Shown piece after piece: positions 47,501-58,100 of a DNA stretch of 64,000 nt. This DNA is from a virus, in IMG/VR virus record IMGVR_UViG_3300031857_022279. One strand, given 5' to 3'. The translations under genes and the position numbers were made by a program. How positions within the stretch are numbered: position 1 is the stretch's first letter; every line of letters starts with the position of its first letter. The notes beneath the pieces are model-generated. The model was not told the DNA's origin. It saw nothing but the letters and a program-made list of their open reading frames with translations, and did no database searches.

Positions 47501-48756
47501 TTGGTGATTTCCTTGAAGCCGAATTTGATGAGACAATTTTAAGAGCTGATGAAATGCCGAAGAAGCTTACTAGAATATTAACTAAGAAACTTTGGCCAAA
47601 TGATACAACTTATATTGAGTTGTCAACAGATTCAGCAATTAAAGTTAGAGATATCAATGGTGATAAGCAGACTAACAGATTTACTAAAATCGATGACTAT
47701 GTTACAACATATAAGGGTATCATATTGAAAGGATTCAGAATTAGAGAGGCTTCTCTACCTGATGGAACTGATACTAGATTGAATGAAATCTTAGCTGTTG
47801 TTAATAAAGGAACTACTCTATTCAAAGCTTTGACAAATAAAGAAGCATTCGACTTTAGATATTTGGTTGATTCATTTGGATTAGGATTATCAGCAGATTC
47901 AAAACAACAATTAGTTGATATTTGTGGTGATCGTTTAGATGCTTTTGGTATCATAAACATGCCATCTTTGAAGCAATTCAAAAACTCTTCAAACCCATCG
48001 TTTAAGGACGATTCTGGAAATGTACAACTTGAATATGTGGCTCTTGGTGCAAACCCTGAAGCAAATCCAAGTTTCTTGTACTCATTTGGTAAGGGAGTTG
48101 GTGTAACTACAGTAGGATATTTCTTACCATACGTTACAATCGATGATAATGGTAGAAACATAGATGTACCACCAGCACCATTTGTTGGATTGACCTTTAT
48201 GAGAAAGCACAAGAGCACTACAACAAGTGTAACTCCTTGGACTATCGCTGCGGGTGTTAATAACGGTAGAATAAATGGAATACTTGACCTAGAACAAATC
48301 TTCACTCCATCTGATTTGGAATATTTGAACCAAGCTCAGATGAACCCTCTTACATTTAAGAGAAACAGAGGATTTATAATTGAGACTGAAAATACAGCTC
48401 AAGTTCTTGTTAAGTCAGCTCTTTCATTAATACACGTTAGAGAAGTATTGATTGAACTCGAAAGAGAACTTTCAAGAATGTTGTTAGACTTCCAATGGAC
48501 AGTCAACTCACCTGAGACTAGATCTCAAATCAAGTTGGCGGCTGACGTAATTTGTGAAAAGTATGTTGCTCAAAATGGTTTATTCAACTACTTCAACAAG
48601 ATTGACGAGGAAAATAACACTCTTGAAATCATAGAGAACTCTATCGGTGTTCTTGATACATATGTAGAACCTATTAAGGGTATGGGTATTATCGTTAATA
48701 ATATCACTATCTTGAGAACAGGAGCTATATCAGCAGGTGGATTTATAAATTCATAA
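44527..48756 (+). CDS. gp18: Contractile tail sheath protein
   Basis: N-terminal RPGIFIEEID, GFSRKGP; C-terminal AGVNNGRI, NPLTF, LIHVREVLI, DEENNT, YVEPIKG. Confidence 0.92.
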   Translation: MAIQIGKYKRPGIFIEEIDKTIVTSPPVDTVFSNLVVGFSRKGPVNSAILLNNLSDLENTFGSIDRGLERRGSFFHRTITKMLEAGPIYGMNLLVTDDTLDTVEYQSLSATTFKNNDIERIDSYRKFFDTTGFWKRDPEAFVDLTRSNPGYAGRVLNLTNLGDKYMTVFVIKSKVSGFDRSMLEWYGSKEKLPPYVYPTDLASDYLVDVVAVGGDWSNYSELSVDPRWTLYFAEDGLKKNQLSAFANDRNVTLLGYYEGVSLIPYFRDLNGRNIFIESVINKDTDKTGLFCAFNNEIFETDYPTGLVDLIGNSLVGDNLLSNPPSSEATYYQSLDANDGLADGELSIKFLSYEEQITETIAITNKVLDRPGNVFGLFGTNSTLLSNAGARSAQGGFTHSLNDSGVVRGGVVSGPNDDTNLNYIKWPNRTYWFSEGYVNDLFRSGDLITTSSSVTANYTVDSISDNGYAVIGGSLVSIPSGTQSLELLYTDYPQLPTTSGTQSYNIAYVLDTNGNVQVKKSTVPNTKVTVSANDVVLSWGTVSLYGGRFSGGASATASITDVTVDATTGGGGLAYIPLQFGVDYTLSTTSTLTEVLAEGDILITFLNTNSTPDVKNYEQYRKFKMFNTLLTYINTSNTFKGLVLLDPRTTTTKKPLSEVSFRSFQTGTTVNKSFVMSTGLTSAEIAELVTYGELVFYKIDDEFLIDYIGLETKNTIPVLDGSTASIGVVGKYSSYYTQYDQGNISTGDVFFQNELWEGVEVQFIEGAGITASLDGYNYLMFKVTEGGTYTTQNKSYLANFDTGLAGDQFTDPVYGYQFLVGGTLNKGVFTAKWDAGLAIENGLTLPADATGALGGRAYLIGSYSNGLQEGINTASYSYFAYEVKEVVTDEMVNVDKVYGYNTEFSGSPIYLVNSTDDSGNLTVEFKQSDLSTDSILSSENATVGSALATNGTLFIKSEKGNYKQTLELEYPSGWTPIPNKVLVKRSRYGEVKVGDFLEAEFDETILRADEMPKKLTRILTKKLWPNDTTYIELSTDSAIKVRDINGDKQTNRFTKIDDYVTTYKGIILKGFRIREASLPDGTDTRLNEILAVVNKGTTLFKALTNKEAFDFRYLVDSFGLGLSADSKQQLVDICGDRLDAFGIINMPSLKQFKNSSNPSFKDDSGNVQLEYVALGANPEANPSFLYSFGKGVGVTTVGYFLPYVTIDDNGRNIDVPPAPFVGLTFMRKHKSTTTSVTPWTIAAGVNNGRINGILDLEQIFTPSDLEYLNQAQMNPLTFKRNRGFIIETENTAQVLVKSALSLIHVREVLIELERELSRMLLDFQWTVNSPETRSQIKLAADVICEKYVAQNGLFNYFNKIDEENNTLEIIENSIGVLDTYVEPIKGMGIIVNNITILRTGAISAGGFINS

Positions 48757-48774
48757 TTCTGAATAAACATAATT

Positions 48775-48802
48775 AAAACCCAGATAGGAATATCTGGGTT
48801 TT
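48775..48802 (+). terminator. Intrinsic terminator after the sheath gene
   Basis: AAAACCCAGATA-GGAA-TATCTGGGTTTT. Confidence 0.85.
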
Positions 48803-48847
48803 TTATTTAAACAAAATAGGTGTATTTAATATATATGTTAAACTTAT

Positions 48848-50542
48848 ATGTTTATGAATTTAGATATTTTTAGAAACCCGGATCCATCGGGAAAACTGTA
48901 CAAAGAATCTTTTTTATATAAAAATTTTCCAGAAGAATATAATTTTATTGTTTCATATTGTGATATCAATAAAATAGTAGATATTAGTTTTAAGGAAAAA
49001 GTTTATCTCGTTTTAAATGAATTGAAGTCAATACCAGCTTGTAAAAATTCAAATTGTAATAATAGAGTTAAATTTAAAAATTCAACGATTGGGTACTTGA
49101 AATATTGCTCGAAGAAGTGTGTTTCGGACGACCCAAATATAAAGAAGATCAAAGAAGAGAAATCAATATCTAAATGGGGTACAAAATCTCCTGCTCAGTC
49201 ACAAGAGATAAAAGATAAAATCATAAAAACTAATCAAGAGAAATATGGTCATAATTCACCTATGAATTTAAAATCAATTCAAGATAAATCAATGCAAACT
49301 TTAATCAAAAATTGGGGAGTTGAAAATCCAAGTAATTCTAGTGAGTTATTGCAAAAAAGAATTGAATCTTTTAAATCAAGTTCATTTAAAGATACTTTTA
49401 AATTAACATCATTAAAGAGATATGGAGTTGAACATCCATGGAGAAATAAAGAGATTCACTCAAAAACGATTTCTCATTTCTATGATGATTATGTTGTTAG
49501 AATAAATAGTAAAATAAACACTAATGAGTTTGTTTTTTTAGGTTTTGAAAAATCGATATCTACACATCTACTATTTAAATGTTGTAAGTGTGATCGGAAT
49601 TTTAAAATATTAACATACCAATTCTATTATAGAATTAATTCTGGTCTTAGTATTTGTACTAACTGCTTTCCTATTTCTGAAAATTCTTCAATATCACAGA
49701 TCGAGGTTTATAATTTTATCAAAGAAAATTACGCCGGTGAGATACTAGTTGATGATAGATCTTCGATAAAACCTTACGAGATAGATATATTTCTTCCATC
49801 ACTAAACATTGGATTCGAATTCAATGGATTATGGTGGCACTCATCTAAATATAAAAATGAGAACTATCACTTGGTTAAAAGAGAGGTTGCAAGTTCTAAT
49901 AATATAAAACTTTTAACTATATGGGAAGATGATTGGACTATCAAACGAGAGATTTGCAAATCATTTATTCTTAATAAGCTTAATAAATCAACAAAAATTC
50001 CAGCAAGAAAATGTGAGATTATAGAAATAGATTATAGTTCCTCAAAGGCCTTTTTAAACGAAAATCACTTTCAAGGTGATTGTAAATCTTCTATTAGAAT
50101 TGGTTTATTTTATCAAGGAATTTTGGTATCTCTAATGACATTTTCAAAATTAAGACTACCATTAGGAGGTAGACACAGAGAAGGAGTCTATGAATTAACT
50201 AGATTTTGTAATAAAATTTTTACTACTGTTGTTGGTGGTTCTTCTAGGTTGTTAAGTTACTTTTTAAAAAAGTATGATCCATTGTCTATTGAAACCTATT
50301 CTGATAATATGATTTCAGACGGTAATATGTATGATAAATTAGGATTTTCATATCAACACACATCATCACCGAGTTATTGGTATGTAATTGATCAAAAAAG
50401 AGAAAATCGTTTTAATTGGAGAAAATCAAGATTGAAAAAAATTGGTGGTGATATGGATAAGACCGAGCAACAAATTATGGAGGAATGGGGATTTTATAGA
50501 GTTTATAATGCTGGTAATAAAAAATGGATATTGACAAAATAA
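48848..50542 (+). mobile_element. Free-standing Hef-like homing endonuclease gene
   Basis: Zn motif CKNSNC...YCSKKC, KYG/KWG-x-x-P repeats, CCKC...CTNC, EIDIFLP...GFEFNGLWWHS nuclease motif, C-terminal ELTRFC/YSD domain. Confidence 0.7.
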
Positions 50543-50568
50543 AAAATCCCAGAATATTCTGGGATTTT
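50543..50568. terminator. Bidirectional intrinsic terminator
   Basis: AAAATCCCAGAA-TA-TTCTGGGATTTT between convergent genes. Confidence 0.8.
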
Positions 50569-50570
50569 AT

Positions 50571-50822
50571 TTATGGTTTGAATCCACTACCTAGATTATT
50601 CATACCACTCATTATCTGATTAGGATTGAAGTTTGGCATTCCTTTTTGTTGTGAATCTTCATCTTGCTTTCTTTGCTTTTCTTCTTCTTCATTTAATTCA
50701 TTGACAATTTGTATATTTTCTTCTAACATCCAGAATGGCCAATTATCAATTGAAAATTCGTTAACATGAAAGTGCTTTTGAAGAAGAAGTTTATTTTTCA
50801 ATAAAGGCCTCAAAGGCATCAT
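50571..50822 (-). CDS. gp51-like baseplate hub/tail assembly small protein
   Basis: LLQKHFHVNEFSIDNWPFWMLEE resembles the gp51 LMQHHKYSL.EIENM.PWER pattern; overlaps the 3' end of the gp26-like gene. Confidence 0.55.
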   Translation of the reverse strand: MMPLRPLLKNKLLLQKHFHVNEFSIDNWPFWMLEENIQIVNELNEEEEKQRKQDEDSQQKGMPNFNPNQIMSGMNNLGSGFKP

Positions 50823-51732
50823 GAACAACGAAAATACCTGACGCTCCGTTGGGAAATTGCATTTCAGCACGGACCTCCTCTCCGTTGATATTCTTAACTA
50901 GTTCTTTGATACCAAAAGTCATTTTACCAACTGCTGCGTTTAAGAATTGGAAGGAGATATCATCCATTTCTTCGAAGTCTTTTAACTTAGCCTTTATACC
51001 TTCGTAAGTTATTGAATTTCTACCTTCAAGCATGAAAGGTATAATTTTAAGAAATGCGAGATTGGGAGTTCTATTCTCATTATTTTCTTTGATAATATAG
51101 TCAGTGAAGGCTTTTTGTATACCAATGTTTGGAGGAGTTAATTCGAACTCTTTTCCATTAATCGTTTTGAAAACATAACAGTTTTTAGATTTATTAAAAA
51201 ACTTCTCAAGTTTTTCATCGATTTCATGGAATTTAAAGTTATCTCTTATAAGATCGATTTGAGCATCACCTGCGCCGTGTGGTACTGTTACCGCAAGAGT
51301 GTTACCTTTTTGAAAAGTTAATTCTCTAATAGTAAAAACAAGATAAAGTCTGTCTTGATCTTTAACATCTAAGTAGCTACCAATATTTCCGTTTGAATAT
51401 TTAACTCTAACACATGATTGTAGCATATCATTCATTTTTTCAACGATATCATAGAAGTTATTATCATCTACCATTGAATATGATTGAATTTCCTTTACCA
51501 TAGCTGGTCTTATCATTAAGGATGTTCCTGCTGGGTAGAATTTGCCACAAGGTAAATCTTTGATGTCAAAATGAAAGTACTGAAGGTCAGAAACTTTAGT
51601 ATTATCAACATTTTGAACAACAATTTGTTCAGCCATGTTTTTAGCTGGATTAAAGTCAGTGGATTTCTTTTCTCTTTCTTCAAGATGTTTTTTCAAAAAA
51701 TCTTCTTCTGACATTTCTTTATTAGTTGACAT
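50791..51732 (-). CDS. gp26-like baseplate hub assembly protein
   Basis: LPCGKFY...IRPAMVKE; position next to the tail tube gene. Confidence 0.6.
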   Translation of the reverse strand: MSTNKEMSEEDFLKKHLEEREKKSTDFNPAKNMAEQIVVQNVDNTKVSDLQYFHFDIKDLPCGKFYPAGTSLMIRPAMVKEIQSYSMVDDNNFYDIVEKMNDMLQSCVRVKYSNGNIGSYLDVKDQDRLYLVFTIRELTFQKGNTLAVTVPHGAGDAQIDLIRDNFKFHEIDEKLEKFFNKSKNCYVFKTINGKEFELTPPNIGIQKAFTDYIIKENNENRTPNLAFLKIIPFMLEGRNSITYEGIKAKLKDFEEMDDISFQFLNAAVGKMTFGIKELVKNINGEEVRAEMQFPNGASGIFVVHDAFEAFIEK

Positions 51733-51942
51733 TTGATTTTATTATTTTTTAGGTATATATACTTATATTATGTTTCTCTGGGTTTGTTTTTTTCAAAAAA
51801 AACATAATTTATATCCAAAAATCGGAAAAAAGTCACTTTTTTATATCAATATATAATCATGTAATTAGATAGAGGTAATTATAGATAAAATATATAATTC
51901 ATAGTTGCCAAAGCGATTAAACAAAAAATAAAAAAATTAATT

Positions 51943-52569
51943 ATGCCGCTTCCACATTTTACCCAGTTACAAGTAGCTGGAGCTCCTGGTGGTCCGGGTA
52001 CCAACCCACAAGAACCAGTATATTTAAACTTGTTCGAGGTTACATTCGTGTTACCTACGATTCTTCAAGCTCAAGGTAGAGACCCAATTTTGTTTCTACA
52101 ACAAGCTTTATCAATTGATTTGAATACAACCAACAAAACTCTTGGTGTTTCTAACCAAAGATGGAAGTACTCAACTCGTGCGTTCATCAATGCTGGTCCA
52201 AGTGAAACACACATCGAAGACCTAGCAGTTTCTTTTAACGTTAACGTAAACAATAACGGTTCTATGGAAACTTGGGCTGCACTTAGAGCTTGGTACGATT
52301 TGGCTTGGAATTCACAAAACGGTTATTTGCATTATAAGGCAGATACTGTTGGTACACTTATCGTTAACCAACACGATAAAAAAGGATTGGTACTTAGAAG
52401 AGTAACTTTCCAAAACTGTCAATTAAAGGCGGTATCATCACCTTCACTTACTTATGAAGGACAAGGTATCTTAGCAAACGTAACCGCAAACTTTGTTTGT
52501 GACTACTGGGTTGATGAATATATCGATGGTACATTTACAATTGCACCTCCATTTGTTGCTGGATATTAA
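51943..52569 (+). CDS. gp19: Tail tube protein
   Basis: YLNLFEV, WAALRAWYDL, YKAD...LIVNQHDKKG, VTFQNC, ANFVCDYW. Confidence 0.8.
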   Translation: MPLPHFTQLQVAGAPGGPGTNPQEPVYLNLFEVTFVLPTILQAQGRDPILFLQQALSIDLNTTNKTLGVSNQRWKYSTRAFINAGPSETHIEDLAVSFNVNVNNNGSMETWAALRAWYDLAWNSQNGYLHYKADTVGTLIVNQHDKKGLVLRRVTFQNCQLKAVSSPSLTYEGQGILANVTANFVCDYWVDEYIDGTFTIAPPFVAGY

Positions 52570-52591
52570 TAAAATTTCAGAAATATTTAAT

Positions 52592-52620
52592 AAAAAACCG
52601 ATACTTTGTGTCGGTTTTTT
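52592..52620 (+). terminator. Intrinsic terminator after the tube gene
   Basis: AAAAAACCGATAC-TTT-GTGTCGGTTTTTT. Confidence 0.85.
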
Positions 52621-52672
52621 TATTGAACATAACTAAGAATTCTTCATATAAAATTAAAATATAATATTTTAG

Positions 52673-53779
52673 ATGAAGGTATTTATAACAACTGATTGGC
52701 ATTTCGGAGTTTATCTAAACAATTTAGATAAATGGTTAAATATGATGGAAGACTATTTCTATAATTTTTTTATTCCATATCTAAAAGAAAATGCTAAAGA
52801 GGGAGATATACTCGTTCATTGTGGCGATCTATATGATAACCGTACATCTATTCCAATTATTGCTTCTTATAAGGCTGAGAAAATATTAACTGAGATTTCT
52901 AAAATATTACCAGTACATTTAATTGTTGGAAATCATGATCTTTGGAATAAAGGCACTAATGATGTCAATTCAGTTAGACTATTTAATTTTGTTGACAATA
53001 TTACAGTCTATACCGAGACTACCAGTGTAGAAGTTTTTGGAAGTAAATTAGTCTTAATGCCGTGGGTTGAAAAAAGATTAGATATGATAAAAGAGATTCA
53101 ATCTAATTCAGGAGATTATTTGTTCTGTCATAGTGATTTAAATGGGTGTAGAATGCATTTAAACTCTGTTGCACATAGAAACGCAGATAAGATAGATGTA
53201 GATGAATTTAATAGATTTAAACACGTATTCTCGGGACACATCCACATCAGACAAACTCATAAAAACTTCACATTTATAGGGTCACCCTATCAAATGGACC
53301 GAAACGATATGGGAGATCAAAAAGGAATTACAGTACTTGATTTAGTTAGTGGAGAAGTACATTTTGAACCTAACACCTATTCTCCCGTCTTTAAAAAAGT
53401 GCAAGTTGTTACTGAAGATGATATTGATGCAATTGACTCTCTTAAAAATTCAAAGGACTATATAGACCTAGTTATATCTAATAACTTACTCATTAGTAAT
53501 AGAAAAATTAGAAGAAAGTTAGAAACTCTTTTAGAGGTAGGCAATTTCTCATCTGTTGAATACTTAGATGATATTGTAAAAGGTGAAAAAGAAAAGAAAG
53601 ATAAAGAACTTACAGAAGAAGAACTTAAAATATCAATTCAGTTAGAATACGAGGATTTTATAAAAAGTTATATTGAAAATCAAAAGTATGACAATGAGAA
53701 CTTTAAAAGTGGTATAATTTCTGAGTTTTCTGAAGTTATAAAAATATACAATGAGAACTATAAAGTTAAAAACGACTAA
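52673..53779 (+). CDS. gp47: Mre11/SbcD-like recombination nuclease
   Basis: TDWHFG, CGDLYD, VGNHD, FCHSD and SGHIH metallophosphoesterase motifs. Confidence 0.9.
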   Translation: MKVFITTDWHFGVYLNNLDKWLNMMEDYFYNFFIPYLKENAKEGDILVHCGDLYDNRTSIPIIASYKAEKILTEISKILPVHLIVGNHDLWNKGTNDVNSVRLFNFVDNITVYTETTSVEVFGSKLVLMPWVEKRLDMIKEIQSNSGDYLFCHSDLNGCRMHLNSVAHRNADKIDVDEFNRFKHVFSGHIHIRQTHKNFTFIGSPYQMDRNDMGDQKGITVLDLVSGEVHFEPNTYSPVFKKVQVVTEDDIDAIDSLKNSKDYIDLVISNNLLISNRKIRRKLETLLEVGNFSSVEYLDDIVKGEKEKKDKELTEEELKISIQLEYEDFIKSYIENQKYDNENFKSGIISEFSEVIKIYNENYKVKND

Positions 53780-54051
53780 TCTAACTTTTGTAGTCTAATC
53801 ATCAAATCACCAGTACCCTTTATTAATCTGTGATAAACTCCTTTAGGTATAAATATTTCACCTTCTATATTAATTGGTAATTTATCATCTAGTTGAAATT
53901 TCCAATCAGTTTTCTCAATAGATTCAATTATTCTATCTTCAAAATCACGATGCCAGTATAAATCTCCAGAATCAACATCTTGATAGAATGTTCTGATATA
54001 ATTATTATCAGATATTTTTTGTTCTTTGAATGGTAACATCATATTTTCCAA
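53776..54051 (-). CDS. Small cupin-fold protein
   Basis: LYWHRDFEDR...IFIPKGVYHRLIKG. Confidence 0.7.
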   Translation of the reverse strand: MENMMLPFKEQKISDNNYIRTFYQDVDSGDLYWHRDFEDRIIESIEKTDWKFQLDDKLPINIEGEIFIPKGVYHRLIKGTGDLMIRLQKLD

Positions 54052-54455
54052 AAGTGTATGTGAATTTCTCCTAGGTATTCTGAAATATCTGTATTATATA
54101 AAGATATTAACTCATCTAAATCTAAGTCAATTATTCTAACTCCTCTATCAATCGTTGTGTGATACTTCCAACCCAGGTTGGTCATGTAACCAATACACTC
54201 TTTCACTATATTGACAATTTCCTCAATATGATTTTTGTTTGTAGACACACTGACATTAACATAGTCTTTAAATCCACTTTCTACCCTTGTGTTCCTAAAC
54301 CAATCCTCGTGAGGTTCATCTAAAAATTTACTCCTTTCTATTATAGAGTAATTAATTTGAATATCTTTAAGATCAATTAATATAAATTCTAAATCTTCCT
54401 TTACTTCATCGGAATCTGAATTTTCGAATAATTTATATTTAGTAATATATTTCAT
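54039..54455 (-). CDS. Hypothetical protein with CTS-like N-terminus
   Basis: MKYITKYKLFENS. Confidence 0.7.
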   Translation of the reverse strand: MKYITKYKLFENSDSDEVKEDLEFILIDLKDIQINYSIIERSKFLDEPHEDWFRNTRVESGFKDYVNVSVSTNKNHIEEIVNIVKECIGYMTNLGWKYHTTIDRGVRIIDLDLDELISLYNTDISEYLGEIHIHFWKI

Positions 54456-54485
54456 ATTATGAATATTATATGTATCTCTAAATTT

Positions 54486-55064
54486 CTACCAGTAACCAGG
54501 ATATGTCTTACCTCCCCAAAGATGTCCATATCTATTAGCTCTACATGCCCAGTAACCTGGTTTAGTTTTATCTTTTTTCAAATGACATTGATGACGAGCT
54601 GCAAATGATTTTCTGGCCTTTGGATCAGATACTTTTGCTGTTAATCCACCTGAAACATCGCCGAAATGAACTACTTTAACATTTCCAGTTTTTGGATTTT
54701 TAACATATACTTTATACTTCTTTGGACCTGAGCTCCTTGTTGGATGGTTCAATTCGACCTCTCTTCCTTTATATTCAGCCTCATTAACCTCTTCTAAAAC
54801 TTCTAGAGGTAAATCTAATGGTACTAACTCGCCTTCAAACATTTCAAATCTACCAATATCTGAACTTTCGAAGAGCTCTTTGTCATGACCTGATAACTCA
54901 ATTAGACCACCATCGAATAACTCTCTGGATTCTTTCAATAATTTAAAATACGAGTCTGATCCGTATCTGAATATATTTTCAGTAATAGACATATTATTGT
55001 CAATATGATACTGAAGATGTTCGGAAACTAGAGCCTCATTGTTGTATTTTCTTAAATATTTCAT
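54486..55064 (-). CDS. Conserved phage protein (DUF6321-like) with CTS-like N-terminus
   Basis: AEYKGREVELN...KKYKVYVKNPKTGNVKVVHFGD...RKSFAARHQC...PGYWAC. Confidence 0.65.
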   Translation of the reverse strand: MKYLRKYNNEALVSEHLQYHIDNNMSITENIFRYGSDSYFKLLKESRELFDGGLIELSGHDKELFESSDIGRFEMFEGELVPLDLPLEVLEEVNEAEYKGREVELNHPTRSSGPKKYKVYVKNPKTGNVKVVHFGDVSGGLTAKVSDPKARKSFAARHQCHLKKDKTKPGYWACRANRYGHLWGGKTYPGYW

Positions 55065-55152
55065 CGAAATATATTCTAATTTATTTTATATATTAAACTT
55101 CGGTCAAGAAAAGGACTTTTTATATATATTAAAAATAGATTCGAATCAGTAA

Positions 55153-58100
55153 ATGCAGAGTTTAGTTTTCTTTGATAAAGAAGGAAATCCACTTAATTTT
55201 TATTATAACCAATCAGTTGGAAGATATGAAGGTGATATTTTATTTCCTGAAAACTCTGATGATACTTTTAAGACACAAGCCCTTTATCTCTTTGAAAAAA
55301 TTGATGCCTTTGAGTATGAAAATGTAGATTATCTTACACTCAAGAAATTTCAGCTTTTTAATGAGTATGGATTTCACTTCTATCCGGGAGTTGCGAGTCA
55401 ATCGGTTACTAAAATAGAGCCTGTCAATCAAGAGTCTGCTTACTATTCAAAATGGATTTACTCAAAGAACATAGAATCAAAGTATAAGAAGGGAACCTTT
55501 GTTAAATTCAACAGTCCAATTTTTGAATTTACAAATCCAAATAGGATATATGCAGTTGTTGGGTCAAAAAAAGATGCAATTTGTGTACTGTCACTTTTAG
55601 ACAATAACACATTCGAAACAAATTATGGTGGACTTTATGGATTGACTTCAAGTTACGATAATATTTACGTAGAGGGGGTTGATATAATAGGTATCTATAA
55701 TTATATAACTCCTGATCTAAGAGATACTTTGTCATTATGGAACGAACCATCATTTTATGATAGATTATATCAGTATAGAAGGTTAAACTTAGTCAATACA
55801 GAGAAAAATGATAACTATAGAAGAACTAAAAAATATGACGATGTTGAAGTTGTAACTATAGAAAATCCGAATATCTTGGATATAGTACACTTTGAATACA
55901 ACTGCTCTTCAATTCCAGAAAATACTACTCTCTGGATGGAAGTTATTACAAGAACTGACCTTCCGAGAGTCTACAAAGCTGGACTTTCATTTTCAACATC
56001 GGGTAGTGTTTTAAACTTTGATAACCCAGTTCCGAGAATATTAAAACCGGGTGTGGAATTTAAAGTTCCCAATTCAAGTTTGAATTTAGACTTCTATAAA
56101 GTAACTTCTATACCTATTTTCACAGGAAATAATACTCTAACTTATTATGCTACAGGAAGTCAAGTAATTTGGGATAATAGAATATATCAGTGTATTCAAG
56201 CATACACTTGGTCTGGTGCTACTTACTCAGTTCAACCAACTGGAACCACAACTTCTGAATTATATTGGGGCAATGCTACTTATTTACCTATAGAACCTTC
56301 TTCTTCGTCCGGTGCGATTGTGAATGAATCATTAGTCGGAGGTGAGATTTATTTGACAACTGATCATTTATATTTCAGTCAATCTTTTACTCAGTCAGTT
56401 GAGGTAACACTTGCATCAACTGTTGAAAAGTTTAATCAAGAACTGAAAATACTTGATATTGATTTATATTACAAAGACTATGCACTTAGAGCAGATTTAA
56501 TTTATCCAACTAACTATGCAGTAGTAAATTTCTACCATACAGAAATTGGTCCTACTTATAGTGTGGGTGGTCTAAAATCTGTTTACGAAAGATGTATTCA
56601 AGTAGAAGAGAGACTTACAAAAGAATTTAATTATAATTATTCAGAAAATTGGAACTATAATATAGTTTTCACAGACATAGATGAGTTTGGAATTATTATA
56701 AAAATTAATAAGATGGTCTACGGAGAGAGAATTGATTGGATATATTCTTCAGGCCTAGTAGACATGGAAAGAACCATCGATAGTACCTTGAGAAATTGGT
56801 TAACTAGACATTTTTTAAGTTTAAACACTTTAGGTATACTTCCTAGTTTGACTACTGTAGGATATGCGTCAGTTTATTATAACACTATAACTTTACAAAC
56901 TGACTTTCCTAACGTTCCGATTGAATTCTCAGTTCAAGTTGGTACAACTGCCGATTATTACATAGAACATAGCATAGTGACATTTTTTGATTTAGGTAAA
57001 AATTTATCAATCAAGATAAACGGAAGGACTTATGAAGAACTTGTTGTTTATAGTGGTAGTACACCTGATATTGCTCAGACTCTTGAAAATTGGGTTGAAA
57101 ACTGGTCTGAAACCGTTAATGATTTTGGAATCTATGTTTCTAACGCTGCCAGTTCATTAAAGTTTAATGTAAAAAAACAAAGTCAACGAGTTAGTTTAGA
57201 TATAAATGTTGGAAAGTCTTCACTTCCTGGAATACAGAATTATAGAATAATTGAGAGGGCAACTGGTAATTTAGGTGCATTAATTACATCAAATGAAATA
57301 TTACTTGGAACAGCTAGTGGCGAATCACTAGAAGAAGTTGGTTTTGCTACTGGTCAGGTTATTGGAATTAATAAGACGTTTTACCCACTACAAAATATAG
57401 AATATAACTCTTTATATTTGAATCCAGATACTATAAATTTAAGCTACGAAGGTCCTTTCTGGGGATTGACCGATTCTCTTTGTTCATCGGCACCATTTAC
57501 GACTGTAGCATTTACAATCGGATGGGGTCAAACTGGTTGCCCACCATCTTTCTCACCAAGTTTACTTAGAGGTATGTATGATGAACAGGCTTACAACACA
57601 TCATTCAGTATAGAGTATATCTTCTCAAATACATATAACTCTAATACTTTTGAAGGTGTGGCAAATATGGTTGATATATCATATGTAGAACCAGCTAATT
57701 GTATTTATGTACTTGGTGACTCTTTAAGAGTTTTTGATTCTACTCTTGCAAATGTTATTTCTGATATTGATATATCTGGTTTAACAGCAAGTAGAGAACT
57801 ATGTTATAACAATGTTTCAAGTTACATTTATGCTCTGAGTGAAAATGCTCTTTATAAAATTGATCCATTTATTCATCAGGTGGTCGCTTCTTTCTCTTTT
57901 GCTTCGACGGCGTATTCTATACAACTTAACAAAAAGAACGGGGATATTTATGTATCATTTAATGCGGCTTCACAGCTTTATGTTTATGATATTAATGACT
58001 CATTAACAGTTATTACTACTCCTTTCGCTACTTTAGGCATGGTCTTTAATGACTTTGAAGAAGATATGTATGTTAATACAAATGCTGTTGGTTTACTTAG

